Sequence record: NC_031127.1
Reading direction: 5' to 3' (one strand)
Length of the DNA stretch: 64,000 bases
The notes under the pieces were generated by a model. The model was not told the origin of the DNA. It made no database searches and worked only from the letters and a program-made list of their open reading frames with translations. This document shows positions 34,178 to 44,145 of the stretch, one piece after another. The position numbers were made by a program, and so were the translations under genes. Position 1 is the first letter of the stretch, and each line of letters starts with the position of its first letter.

Positions 34178-36276
34178 TGGATGCTCGCCAAGTACACGTA
34201 CGCGATCTCCGTAACCTGAACTCGGATCAGGTATGGCGACTACGCGGACGTTATGATGTAACGTTTGATGATGGTGTGACTCAACCGATGTCGGGTCGCC
34301 ACATCAAACTCAGTTGGCCGTACTGGGGCATCTCTCGATTCTATCCGCAAGTACCGACGCCTTCCACGATGTGTTATCGTCGTGGAGGTGAGTGGGCAAC
34401 GGATGATCGTCACATCGACCTGATGTCCGAAGCTGCTGTACTCGCCCGCAAAGCGGGCATTGATTTAGCCGATACCCGTTATCTGTTAAGTCAGCACATC
34501 TATGCTGATGCGTTCAACCTGACAGTGAAGAACTTGCTGTCTTATTGTACGACCATCGACATCGATACCATGATGCAGATTTACGACCATCCTGATTATC
34601 AGATTATCCACGAGTGGGCAAAGCAATACCCAAGTGGTTATGATGAAGAAGGGGTCGATAAGGTTAACGAAGCGTACGAGATTATCGAGCGCATCATTCG
34701 TTCACCTGAGCTGTCAGACAACCCGGTGGCAATGTCGGTACTCGACAAAACCATCAAGATGGATCAGGTACTCCAAGCCTACGTGCGTGGTAAAACCTCT
34801 GAAATCGATTCCCGTGTCTATTCGAATCAGGTATGGGAAGGGTTCTTCGGTGGTCTGAACTCGGTTATCAGCCGACTGAAAGAATCGGGTGCAACGTCAC
34901 GTTCGCACCTGTACAACACCGACAAGATTGCGGAAGCAGAATACGGCTCCCGTAAACTCCAGCTCGCTGCAAACGTGCTGACCCACTTCACCTTAGATGA
35001 CTGTGGTACCGAGCACGCTCACGAACATACGTTTCGTGACACCAAAGAAAGCCAGACTCAATACGACGCCATGGTCGGGATGCGTTTCCGCTTCAACGGT
35101 GAAACGGGGCCGTGGCGCGTGTTCGAGAAAGGCCGCTTCGAGGATGTGGTTGATAAGCCGCTCCTGTTCCGATCTGCCATGACCTGTCGCCATATGGCGA
35201 AACAGGGTATTTGTGCAGTCTGTATGGGCGACTTGGTGTACAACCTGTCGGAGAAAACCTCACCGGGCCACTTGGCATCCACCTCCATCTCGGAGAAGGG
35301 TACCCAAGGGATTCTCTCAACGAAGCACCTCGACTTCCTGCGTGAACTGTTTACGCTGGTTATCGGTGGGCGCATCAAAGGCTACTTCCGTGGCTATGAG
35401 AAAGGGTCAGAGAAAGGTCTGCGTTTACTCGACAAGCCGGAGTTCGGTACGTGGAGTGAATACTCACTGGTAGTATCTGAGAAGATGCACTCTGAGCTGA
35501 GTCAGGTGGCGTACTACGACAACCTCGAAGACATTGATGAAACCTCTCTGCCAGATGTCACAGACGTTACGTTTGTGCGTTTGAATGCAGATGGCGAACC
35601 GTGTGGCGGGGAATCACTGGATGTCCGTATGGGCGTCTGCGGGAACTTCTCGAAAGCGTTCTTGGCGTACTTCCTAAAAGTGCGTGACGAGATCCAGTTC
35701 ATCCGCAAAGGTGAGATTCGTATTCCAATGAGTGGCTGGAAGCCGAAAGCGCCGTTCCTCATTTATACTAACCGTTCTGAATCCATGGCAGAGTTCGTTG
35801 CCGGTCTTGAGACCAAGCTGCGTTCTGTTGCTGCGGACAAGAACGAAACACCGATGGACTTCACCACGGATGCCACGGTGAAAATGAGTAAAGATGGTAA
35901 AGTTAAGACGCTTACCTTGGTGGAGATGGGTGGGTCTACCGAACGTCAATGTACCTTTGCGATGTTCGATACCTTCCGCTACATTAACCGTAAGCTGAAA
36001 GGGATTCCGATGACACACATCGGCATCATGCTTGCCATTTCTCGTGTGGAAAGCCCCATCAATCCGTTCCCAGCGGTAGGGTTTGATAAGGAAACTGCCA
36101 TTGATGGTATGGGTAAACGGTTCTTAGACCACAATACGCTGATTGCGATTCGTAGTGCTGCCCCGATGTTGTTCTTCCAAGGTCAGCAAGACAATCTCAA
36201 CCGCGTAGGGTTCTATACCACACGTAAGATTCCGGCGTCGTTGTATGACGGGTCATTCAAAACACGGTTGCATTAA
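34174..36276 (+). CDS. non-virion RNA polymerase beta' C-terminal subunit (phiKZ gp74-like)
   Basis: Bridge-helix-like SRSHLYNTDKIAEAEYGSRKL, RSAMTC..GICAVCMG, trigger loop ASTSISEKGTQGILSTKH. Confidence 0.9.
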   Translation: MMDARQVHVRDLRNLNSDQVWRLRGRYDVTFDDGVTQPMSGRHIKLSWPYWGISRFYPQVPTPSTMCYRRGGEWATDDRHIDLMSEAAVLARKAGIDLADTRYLLSQHIYADAFNLTVKNLLSYCTTIDIDTMMQIYDHPDYQIIHEWAKQYPSGYDEEGVDKVNEAYEIIERIIRSPELSDNPVAMSVLDKTIKMDQVLQAYVRGKTSEIDSRVYSNQVWEGFFGGLNSVISRLKESGATSRSHLYNTDKIAEAEYGSRKLQLAANVLTHFTLDDCGTEHAHEHTFRDTKESQTQYDAMVGMRFRFNGETGPWRVFEKGRFEDVVDKPLLFRSAMTCRHMAKQGICAVCMGDLVYNLSEKTSPGHLASTSISEKGTQGILSTKHLDFLRELFTLVIGGRIKGYFRGYEKGSEKGLRLLDKPEFGTWSEYSLVVSEKMHSELSQVAYYDNLEDIDETSLPDVTDVTFVRLNADGEPCGGESLDVRMGVCGNFSKAFLAYFLKVRDEIQFIRKGEIRIPMSGWKPKAPFLIYTNRSESMAEFVAGLETKLRSVAADKNETPMDFTTDATVKMSKDGKVKTLTLVEMGGSTERQCTFAMFDTFRYINRKLKGIPMTHIGIMLAISRVESPINPFPAVGFDKETAIDGMGKRFLDHNTLIAIRSAAPMLFFQGQQDNLNRVGFYTTRKIPASLYDGSFKTRLH

Positions 36277-36277
36277 T

Positions 36278-36305
36278 ACAGAGGGGCAGATGCCCCTCTT
36301 TTTTT
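36278..36305 (+). terminator. intrinsic terminator
   Basis: AGAGGGGC/GCCCCTCT + T tract. Confidence 0.6.
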
Positions 36306-36317
36306 GTAGAGGGGTAT

Positions 36318-38024
36318 ATGCAGCAGATTAACATCACGCACACCACCATGGGGGTGCGAATTGAAGTTCCTATCCGACCCGTTGAGATTGCTATCAAGAC
36401 ATGGGCGGAACGGAATCTGCACGCCCCGAAAATGGGAAAAGAGCGCGGCAAGATTACCGTGGAACAAGGAGATGGCTACTACGCCCACATGGAAGGCGCA
36501 CGTAGCTTTATCTTTCACAAAGCCCACCTTGAGGAAATCCTCTCCATTATCAAGAACGCTATCATTGAATACCGTCTTGAGGCGGAGGTTAAGCACCACA
36601 AGGTCGAGCGGGCGGAGCCTTACCGTTGCACATTTGAAAACTTCGGCACGCCGATGGTAGTGGACGATCCTGAATCACGCTTCTATTACCAGAACGATGT
36701 GGTAGAGAAAGCGCTTGATCCGAACCGTCTCCAGACCATCTTTGCCATCGATACTGGCCGCGGGAAAACGAAGTCGTTGCAAAAGGTGATGGTGCGTAAG
36801 CAAGTGCGTACTGCCCTCATCATGCGTCCGACGTACGTGGACAAATGGCTGTTCGATATCTGCGAAGACCCGACTGGGTTGCAGATTGACAAAGACAAAG
36901 TTCTGGTCTGTCGTGGCGTCCAAGGGATTATTGAAGCCTACGAGATGGGTATCAGTGGGGAGTTAGACCGTCGGGATATCCGGGCGATTATCTTCCCAAC
37001 CGTTTCGCTGCAATTGTTCCTGAAAGAGTACATCAACACCGGCCACTCAATGGGGATTGACATTGAGCGGTTCTACGATGTGATGGGTGTGGGTCTGATC
37101 GGAATGGATGAGGTGCATGAGCATTTCTATTTGGTGTATCTGGCTGGGATTATCCTGAACCCATGTGCATCGATTGAAATGTCAGCCACCTTAGAACCGG
37201 GTGCCGCGAAGACGTTTATCATCGCGCGCTATCTGGAACGTTTCCCAGTCGACTTACGGCTGTCCGTTGAACGTATTAAGGTTGTTGATATCCGCGCGTT
37301 CTACTACACGCTGGATGATAAGAAGTTGGCGTGGTGGGCGACAAAGATGTCCCCGTACAACCACAAGTTGTTTGAAGGTAAGTTGATTCGCGAAGGCTTC
37401 CACGTTTCGTATTGTGAGATGTGGTGGAATCTGATCGAGAAGGTGTATCTGTCCAATTACCAACCGGGACAGAAAATCATCATCTTGTTCTCAACCGTTG
37501 ACATGTGTGAGTTCTTTACCCAGTTCCTGCATCAGAAGCTGGCGGGGAACGAACAGTTCAGCGAGTTGATGGTGGCGAAGTATAACGGTGGCGATTCGTA
37601 TGATGACTTCATCATGGCGGAGTTTGGTGTCTCTACGCCGAACAAAGCCGGTACCGCGATAGACAAACCGGGTATGGTCCACATGATTGTGACAGTGCCA
37701 GTTGATGACCAACAGCTGAACTTACAGATTGCCGGACGTCCACGTCCTGTGCGTGAGGTGTTCGGTTGGGACATGAACCCAATTGTGTGGTTCGGGCATT
37801 GCATGAACATTGCTAAACACGGTACGTACCTGAACTCACGTATGCGTTCGCTGCGCGACACGGTATTGTCATTCAAGGTTGCGACTTCCCCTTATGTTGT
37901 AAGGAAAACGTATGATAACGCCCCCACTTCCAGCCGCCCCAACAGCCCCTTACGCCGGATTGACGTTGGCAGACTTTCTCGTAAAGGTTCTAAGGGCCTA
38001 TCCCGGCGCAGAAAGCGCCGCTAA
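36318..38024 (+). CDS. SF2 (DExH) helicase
   Basis: Walker A TGRGKT, DEVHEH, SAT, QIAGRPR. Confidence 0.9.
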   Translation: MQQINITHTTMGVRIEVPIRPVEIAIKTWAERNLHAPKMGKERGKITVEQGDGYYAHMEGARSFIFHKAHLEEILSIIKNAIIEYRLEAEVKHHKVERAEPYRCTFENFGTPMVVDDPESRFYYQNDVVEKALDPNRLQTIFAIDTGRGKTKSLQKVMVRKQVRTALIMRPTYVDKWLFDICEDPTGLQIDKDKVLVCRGVQGIIEAYEMGISGELDRRDIRAIIFPTVSLQLFLKEYINTGHSMGIDIERFYDVMGVGLIGMDEVHEHFYLVYLAGIILNPCASIEMSATLEPGAAKTFIIARYLERFPVDLRLSVERIKVVDIRAFYYTLDDKKLAWWATKMSPYNHKLFEGKLIREGFHVSYCEMWWNLIEKVYLSNYQPGQKIIILFSTVDMCEFFTQFLHQKLAGNEQFSELMVAKYNGGDSYDDFIMAEFGVSTPNKAGTAIDKPGMVHMIVTVPVDDQQLNLQIAGRPRPVREVFGWDMNPIVWFGHCMNIAKHGTYLNSRMRSLRDTVLSFKVATSPYVVRKTYDNAPTSSRPNSPLRRIDVGRLSRKGSKGLSRRRKRR

Positions 38025-38292
38025 GGCATTGTGTCAGGACCCGGTGATTAACCGGGCCTTTCACTATTACACGATTACGGAACACTTCACATCCTGCTTT
38101 ATCATGCAGCGTGGGTTAACGTATTTCGTCACTCGTACGTCCAGTATTCGTGGTACTGCGGCGTACGAACTTTATTCTTACGAACTGTGGAACAACAATC
38201 CCGCAGGGAATACCGATGAAAACCCGAAGGTGGCCTACCGCCTCTTCTCGGACAAATGGCATGATTGGGTGACTGTACCACATAACGGTTAA
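37912..38292 (+). CDS. hypothetical protein
   Basis: AAGGA SD; overlaps the helicase 3' end by 113 nt. Confidence 0.6.
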   Translation: MITPPLPAAPTAPYAGLTLADFLVKVLRAYPGAESAAKALCQDPVINRAFHYYTITEHFTSCFIMQRGLTYFVTRTSSIRGTAAYELYSYELWNNNPAGNTDENPKVAYRLFSDKWHDWVTVPHNG

Positions 38293-38346
38293 TTACACGG
38301 TTAGTGTATATTGTGTAGAGTCACTTTCATTAATAAGGAATATCCG

Positions 38347-38958
38347 ATGTCTCGTCGTAAAAAGCAGCCTGGTTTTAGCCCGCGTGAAGCAGCACGCGAA
38401 CGTGTCCGTAGCATCATGCGTGGCATGAACACGACTGAGAATGTTTTCCTCGGTCATTCGAAAACGCACGCCGAGAAAATCGACCGTGAGTTTGAACGTA
38501 TCAACTCGCTGATGGGCGAAGACCTGAAAGCGTATTTGACGGAGTGGTTAAAGCACTCACAGGCTGCCTTCTTGGGTGCCATGCACGACTTCAAAACGCG
38601 CCTGTTTGCGGTGCGTACTGATGCCGATGCAAAGGCAACCAAACTGATGGCGGTCATCGACGGCCACAAGTGGGACGAAATCAAAGATGTCGTGATTGTG
38701 GCTGAGCTGGAACTGGCGGACTTTGACATTCAGGTGGACAACGTGGCACAGGAAACCCTGCTGTCTATCGTTGAAGCCGGTGCGGCGTATGAACAGCGTC
38801 GTGAATGTGTCCGCGTGGGCCTGAACAACAACTGGACCCATGAAGCAATCCTGACCAAGCTGCGCGAGCTGGATGCCCAAGCTGCCGCCGAAGCACTGGC
38901 AGCGGCAGAAGCAACAGCTGAATCTGTAGTAGAGCAAGAGGAACCTGCGAATGTCTAA
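38347..38958 (+). CDS. helical/coiled-coil hypothetical protein
   Basis: AAGGA SD before ATG 38347 (MSRRKK). Confidence 0.8.
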   Translation: MSRRKKQPGFSPREAARERVRSIMRGMNTTENVFLGHSKTHAEKIDREFERINSLMGEDLKAYLTEWLKHSQAAFLGAMHDFKTRLFAVRTDADAKATKLMAVIDGHKWDEIKDVVIVAELELADFDIQVDNVAQETLLSIVEAGAAYEQRRECVRVGLNNNWTHEAILTKLRELDAQAAAEALAAAEATAESVVEQEEPANV

Positions 38959-40975
38959 CGATCCGCGTCCGTCGTTCGGTGCTGCCGAACCGGAAACGGC
39001 TGAGGTGCGACTTCCTCCGCGTGACACCCTTGTGGGTAAGTCCGCGGAAGAGGTGGCCTTCGAGCTGGTAAAACTCAATCCCACTTTTTCTTTTGCCGAA
39101 GCAACTGAACGCGCGAAAAGTCTGGTGATGTTAAATGCCCCGGTAGAAGATACCCCACCCCCTGTGGTGGATGTACTCGATCAACCGATGATTCGTGAAG
39201 CGTCACCAGAAAACCTGGCGGCCCTGCAAAGCACTGAGAACCAACTGGAGCAGCCGGTCAAACTTGACCTGTCTCAGTCACAATCTCAGCCTGAACCAGC
39301 GCCTGCGGTGCAACCGCGTGCGGAACCCATCGCAAGCATTCCTGCTGCAAGTGCGGAGAATTTCCCTAAGCCTCAGCATGTTCCGGTTAAAGCGGAAGTG
39401 ATTCCTGCCCCAGCGCTCGATGCCGAAGATACTCCGGCTGACCGCGATGAGCAGACGCCGAACCTCTCAAAAGAGAAACGTCGTCAGATTGATTTCGGGC
39501 CAGAACCGCACCGTGCTGAAATTGCCAGCATGGACCCGGAAGACCCACATCGTGTGCTGACTCAAAGTGATGAGCTGGTCGGTACTACATTGCCGCTGGC
39601 AGGTGAGCAGGAAGTCATGCAGTTCTTCGCCAGCATCCCACGTAATCGTGAAGGGCGTCCGATGTTCCGTTCAGCCGCCGAAGAGGAGCGTTATCAGAAG
39701 CTCTTTACGGCGCTGGAACTGACCCCGCCTATCATGATTAACAACCGCGCTGCGTTTGACATGGCGTTGGAGCGTGAAGATACGTCGTGGCAACAGACCA
39801 TCCAACTGTCGAACGGTAAGTATGTCTCTGCGGTCACCGACCGTGGTGCAAATGCCCAAGGTGCGATGGCTGCCCTGCGTCGTCGTCGTGGTTCCGGTTC
39901 TCCGGTCTCAGTGTGGTTGCCTGCAACCGGTATCTTTGTCGGTTTCCGTGCCCCGCATGAAAACGACATGTGTGACTTCGACATTCGTATCACGTCAGAA
40001 CAGTCGAAAATCGGGATGTTCACTTACGGTCTGCTGTTGGCCTCGTCTTCGGGCGTGTATCTCCAGCACATGATCGAACACTCGCTGAACTTTGCGGTGG
40101 ACACCACGTACGACTGTCAGGGTCTGGACATTAAGACCGCCCTGATGGACATCGTGGATGTGGACGACTACTGGCTGCTGGTCATTGGCCCATTGATGGC
40201 GAAGTTCCCAGCGGGTATTCCGTGGAAGCTGCTGTGCCCTAACCACGAATGTGGTCATGAGCGTGAAGTGCGTCTGAATCTGGCCCGCTGTATCCGTATG
40301 GCAGATGGCCTGTTCTCTGACCTACACCGTTCGCTCTGGCTGCGCCAGCGTGGTAAAGGCCCGGATGCAATTATCGGCAACGCCGAGTATCTGGAATACC
40401 GCAAAGAGCTGCCGAAGTCCAAAGCCGCCCGTTTCCATTACGAGCAGCTGGGTATCACGGTAGAGTTCGGTCGTTCGACCATCGGTCAGTTCATTGACAA
40501 CACCAATGCGTGGGTAGAGAAGATTAACAGCTCTGCCACCAACGCACTGGCGAACCATGCAACTGAAACCGAGCGCTCGCAATACATCCGTCTGGCTGCT
40601 GAGAACCGCCGCCTGACCCGTTATGCGACGCACGTTAAAGCCATCATCGTTGAAGAGACGGTGAAAGGTGAACCGGTTGAGACCCGCGAAGAAGATCCAG
40701 ACCGTATTTTCGAAATGTTAGAAGAACTCTCTTCTGACCGCATGTACGTGCTGGCATTTGAAAACGCGCTGTCCACTTACAACGAAGAATCGCGCATGGC
40801 CGTGTTTGGTTACATGGGTCACGCGTGTCCGAGCTGTAAGACCGGCGAGGGTGAAGAAGACGGTCCGTTCCGTGGTATTGTTACCATCAGCCCGGACAAG
40901 GTTTTTTTCGCGCTATCTCGTGTGGTGTTCGAGATACAGAGAGTCTACTTACAACAATTCGAAAATATTGGATAG
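38951..40975 (+). CDS. putative tail/baseplate-hub assembly chaperone (T4 gp26-like C-terminal half)
   Basis: Disordered Pro/Glu-rich N-terminus; DYWLLVIG...WKLLCPNHECGHEREVRLNL and CPSC Zn motifs resemble gp26-type chaperones. Confidence 0.55.
   Translation: MSNDPRPSFGAAEPETAEVRLPPRDTLVGKSAEEVAFELVKLNPTFSFAEATERAKSLVMLNAPVEDTPPPVVDVLDQPMIREASPENLAALQSTENQLEQPVKLDLSQSQSQPEPAPAVQPRAEPIASIPAASAENFPKPQHVPVKAEVIPAPALDAEDTPADRDEQTPNLSKEKRRQIDFGPEPHRAEIASMDPEDPHRVLTQSDELVGTTLPLAGEQEVMQFFASIPRNREGRPMFRSAAEEERYQKLFTALELTPPIMINNRAAFDMALEREDTSWQQTIQLSNGKYVSAVTDRGANAQGAMAALRRRRGSGSPVSVWLPATGIFVGFRAPHENDMCDFDIRITSEQSKIGMFTYGLLLASSSGVYLQHMIEHSLNFAVDTTYDCQGLDIKTALMDIVDVDDYWLLVIGPLMAKFPAGIPWKLLCPNHECGHEREVRLNLARCIRMADGLFSDLHRSLWLRQRGKGPDAIIGNAEYLEYRKELPKSKAARFHYEQLGITVEFGRSTIGQFIDNTNAWVEKINSSATNALANHATETERSQYIRLAAENRRLTRYATHVKAIIVEETVKGEPVETREEDPDRIFEMLEELSSDRMYVLAFENALSTYNEESRMAVFGYMGHACPSCKTGEGEEDGPFRGIVTISPDKVFFALSRVVFEIQRVYLQQFENIG
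40903..40936 (+). promoter_or_regulatory. candidate -1 ribosomal frameshift signal
   Basis: In-frame T TTT TTC heptamer, 4-nt spacer, TATCTCG/CGAGATA hairpin; -1 frame open into the next gene. Confidence 0.65.
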
Positions 40976-41013
40976 ACGCCGACGACGTTCCAGCCGAAGC
41001 TATTATCACTGCC

Positions 41014-41382
41014 ATGAAGCTGGACACCACCTCGCTGTTCAAACGGCGAGACAGTCGACCTATCACGTATCAAGAAGCGCATGACGAGCTACTCTCCACG
41101 TACGACGGGATACTCGGGTTAGAGACCGGTGAGAACAACATCAGTGTCTCTGACTTCGAGAACCCTATCAACCAGAGCTTGTATGAAATCTGGGCGACCA
41201 CGTACGTGCGTGAAGGTATCAAGGAACTGTTTGGTTACGACCTTGATACTTGGCTTGATAGGCCGCGTTGGAAGTTGATGAAGCATCTGGAAATCGCAAA
41301 ACGTCGTCGCGCTGAGCTAGACAATGCTAAGAAAGGCGCAATCCCGCCAGAACTTGAGAAAGAACTGAAAGGGCGCATCTAA
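41014..41382 (+). CDS. tail chaperone 'T'-like segment, probably expressed as a frameshift fusion
   Basis: No SD before ATG 41014; frame open back to 40855; LDTWLDRPRWKLMKHL resembles gpE/gp51-type chaperone tails. Confidence 0.65.
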   Translation: MKLDTTSLFKRRDSRPITYQEAHDELLSTYDGILGLETGENNISVSDFENPINQSLYEIWATTYVREGIKELFGYDLDTWLDRPRWKLMKHLEIAKRRRAELDNAKKGAIPPELEKELKGRI

Positions 41383-41410
41383 GGGAGCTTCGGCTCCCTT
41401 ATATTTTTTT
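41383..41410 (+). terminator. intrinsic terminator
   Basis: GGGAGC-TTCG-GCTCCC + T tract. Confidence 0.75.
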
Positions 41411-41441
41411 GTTGTTATGAGACTCATTTTAGGAAACCGTC

Positions 41442-42296
41442 ATGACTGACTTATACGAAGACTATGCCGACACACTCGGTCTGGTGAGACAAGAAGGCCG
41501 TCTGGCCCCGGTGTTAGACTTAGTGTCGTTAGCTATCGAGTATGGTTACGATACGACGCTGATGGACATTTATACCGGTCAAATCCCGGACATGAACGAA
41601 GAGTGTCTGCGGCTGGAAGCGCTGATTAACCGTTGTGCCTGTGCATTGGCGCAGCGTCTGGGTGTGGGCTTGAACCCACAGGTGGCTTACCGTAAACCAA
41701 AAGAAGTCGTGCGCATCCTTCACGGCCTGACGTCTGCCTTCGAAGAGTTCGAAGACACCGATACCCTGTACGGGATTCTGTTGTCGGGTGAACCGCCTGC
41801 GTACATTCTGGAAAACATGGTGCGTTATGTGTACGGGGATAATGACATCCACTTCGAAGACCTTATTGTCGTGGTGGAGCCGCGTGTCATGAACGTGATG
41901 CGCAACTTCCTTGCAGCTACGTCTGCTGAACAGCAAGCCGAAGGTACCGATAACCCACGCACCCAACGTGTGGTGCAATACCTGCGTGTGTATCCGCAGA
42001 ACCCGTCGGCTTACGTGTTCCTGAACCTGAGCGACACCTCTGACATTAATAGCGTCATCAGTGCGCTGGATTTCAGTGAAGAGGGTGGTGTCGGGGAAAG
42101 TGAACTGCTCACCATCTACGCGGTAGGACTATCCATCATTGAGAACGATACCTTTGATGAAGCCTACGCAGCGCTGGAAGGGATGCTCGAGCTGATTAAC
42201 AGCGATGAAGCCCCAGAAGACCCTATCCTGCGGGATGGCTTAGCAGGCTTGAAATCAATTTACGGGGAAGAGGAGCAAACTGATGAACCGGATTGA
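41442..42296 (+). CDS. conserved acidic protein, probably virion-associated
   Basis: 284 aa, AGGA SD, coupled to the vRNAP gene. Confidence 0.7.
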   Translation: MTDLYEDYADTLGLVRQEGRLAPVLDLVSLAIEYGYDTTLMDIYTGQIPDMNEECLRLEALINRCACALAQRLGVGLNPQVAYRKPKEVVRILHGLTSAFEEFEDTDTLYGILLSGEPPAYILENMVRYVYGDNDIHFEDLIVVVEPRVMNVMRNFLAATSAEQQAEGTDNPRTQRVVQYLRVYPQNPSAYVFLNLSDTSDINSVISALDFSEEGGVGESELLTIYAVGLSIIENDTFDEAYAALEGMLELINSDEAPEDPILRDGLAGLKSIYGEEEQTDEPD

Positions 42297-43581
42297 GTAT
42301 TTGATTGCTGCGTGTAATGCCGAGGCGTGGCGACGACTCGTCTGGCGTATTGGTTTGTTCAACGTCTGTATCTTTCCCGAAGCGCATGAGCGACCGGAAC
42401 AGTATGACCTGAACTTCATTGAAGGGATGGCGCATTACTGGGACGAGGTGAATGGCCACTGGGAGTGGGTGCCGATTAAGGACGCTGTAAAGGACGCTGA
42501 GCTGTTTGTGCCTGAAATGCGATTCCAGCTACCGGTTGGTGGTTATCCGGGCTTAGAGAGCGCGGTAGAGACGTCTGTGGGGCGTTACGTCCTGAACTGG
42601 ATCGTCATCTATTACGCTTTTGAGAAACGGATGCCGTATCTGGAAACTGGCCACCCGATGGACATCCGTAAAGAGATGTACAGTCGTTGTGTGGACTACG
42701 AGGAAGATGACCCGGAGAACGTGGGTGCTATCCGTCCGAGTATGGTTGACCGGTTCGTTAACGGTCTGGCCGAACTGGCCCCACTGGCCAAAGCGATTGC
42801 CCCGACCGGTACACTACGTTCATGGACGGTTCACCCCGACACGTACAAAATCCGTGATGCCCTGCTTGAGAAACACAAAGACGAACTGGATAACCCGGCC
42901 GTCATCGTGAAGATTGAACAGGCGCTGGATGAGCTCGATAGAGAGTGGTTGTCCGGTGACCAGTCTGTGCAGTATTACTCCTCGAAGAAATCCCGCATGC
43001 GCCGTCGTAAGCTGATGCTGATGTACGGGATTGAATCCGCCTTCCAGGAAGGCGCGGACTTTACCCTGATACCGAATGCGCTGGTTGAGGTGGATAAAGA
43101 AGGGCTCAAGAATTTGGTCGCGAAGTATAACTCGATTCGTGACGGGTCATTCTCCCGTGGTGCAGAAACCGCGAAAGGGGGCGAGCAGGTACGTATCATC
43201 CAGATGATTTTCCAGAACCACAAAATCGTGGAAGGTGATTGCGGCACGAAGCTCGTCCATCAGGTCTTTATCACCGAACTCAATGTGAAGCGTTATCTTG
43301 GCATGAACGCCATGGTCAATGGCAGGCTGACACCGATTACCGACGGCTTCCTGAAAGCCAATCTGGGCAAAATCATTAACCTGCGACGCCCCATCCTATG
43401 TCAGATGGGTCACGTTGACTGCTGCGCGGCTTGTGCCTCGAATGAGAAAGCCAAAGAACCGCGCGCAATTGCCGCCGATATTTCTACCGCGTTCTCAAAC
43501 GTCATGGGTGTGGCAATGGCAAAAATGCACGGTTCTGACACCGTGGTCGTCGAGTTCAAACCCAAACTTCACATCACTTAA
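42283..43581 (+). CDS. virion RNA polymerase beta' subunit segment (phiKZ gp80-like)
   Basis: RDGSFSRGAETAKGG (bridge helix), EGDCGT, RRPILC...CCAACA, AMAKMHG. Confidence 0.85.
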   Translation: MNRIEYLIAACNAEAWRRLVWRIGLFNVCIFPEAHERPEQYDLNFIEGMAHYWDEVNGHWEWVPIKDAVKDAELFVPEMRFQLPVGGYPGLESAVETSVGRYVLNWIVIYYAFEKRMPYLETGHPMDIRKEMYSRCVDYEEDDPENVGAIRPSMVDRFVNGLAELAPLAKAIAPTGTLRSWTVHPDTYKIRDALLEKHKDELDNPAVIVKIEQALDELDREWLSGDQSVQYYSSKKSRMRRRKLMLMYGIESAFQEGADFTLIPNALVEVDKEGLKNLVAKYNSIRDGSFSRGAETAKGGEQVRIIQMIFQNHKIVEGDCGTKLVHQVFITELNVKRYLGMNAMVNGRLTPITDGFLKANLGKIINLRRPILCQMGHVDCCAACASNEKAKEPRAIAADISTAFSNVMGVAMAKMHGSDTVVVEFKPKLHIT

Positions 43582-43592
43582 AAGGATATATC

Positions 43593-44102
43593 ATGTCTCA
43601 GCCAGTTAAAGACACGAGCACCCAAAATGCTGCGCGTCCTGAAACCCTTTCCGTCACCGGTCCAACGTATGGCAACGATGAACAGAGTCAAGTTAAACTG
43701 ATTGCCGATATGCTGGACACTGCTGGTAACACCGTTGGCCGTAACAAGTCACCGAGTGCACAGAAGAAAGCGGAAGCGTACGGTCAGCTGCACAATGCGT
43801 TCCGTAACCTGTTCAAACTGCGTGGCCAAGCGTTCCTCGATGGCTTCGCATGTTTCGTAACCGCCGTGAACAAATACCCGGACGGGATTTTCTATCTGCC
43901 ACTGGTTAACGAAAACCTGTCAGACTTCAGCAATCAGGCTGAGCGTGAAGTGTTCATGATCTTCATCAACAACACCGTGCGCTTCGCGCGTTCTGCGAAC
44001 AAAGCGAGCTTCGGCCAGCTTAGCAACATCGATCGTCTGACCTCGCGGATGTCTGACCCGGAACTGCGCAGCTTGCTGCGTGCTGCGTTCCTCGTCGAAT
44101 AA
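43593..44102 (+). CDS. conserved hypothetical protein
   Basis: 169 aa, AAGGA SD. Confidence 0.8.
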   Translation: MSQPVKDTSTQNAARPETLSVTGPTYGNDEQSQVKLIADMLDTAGNTVGRNKSPSAQKKAEAYGQLHNAFRNLFKLRGQAFLDGFACFVTAVNKYPDGIFYLPLVNENLSDFSNQAEREVFMIFINNTVRFARSANKASFGQLSNIDRLTSRMSDPELRSLLRAAFLVE

Positions 44103-44145
44103 AAAATAAAGCTACCTACTCCCGATGGAGTAGGTAGTCTTTTTA
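44103..44145. terminator. bidirectional terminator
   Basis: A tract, CTACCTACTCC/GGAGTAGGTAG stem, T tract. Confidence 0.75.

Noticed and set aside
40758-41084. 108-aa +1-frame ORF across the frameshift junction
   Set aside because: Wrong frame to join the downstream gene, TTG start without SD, Arg/Ser-rich non-protein-like sequence
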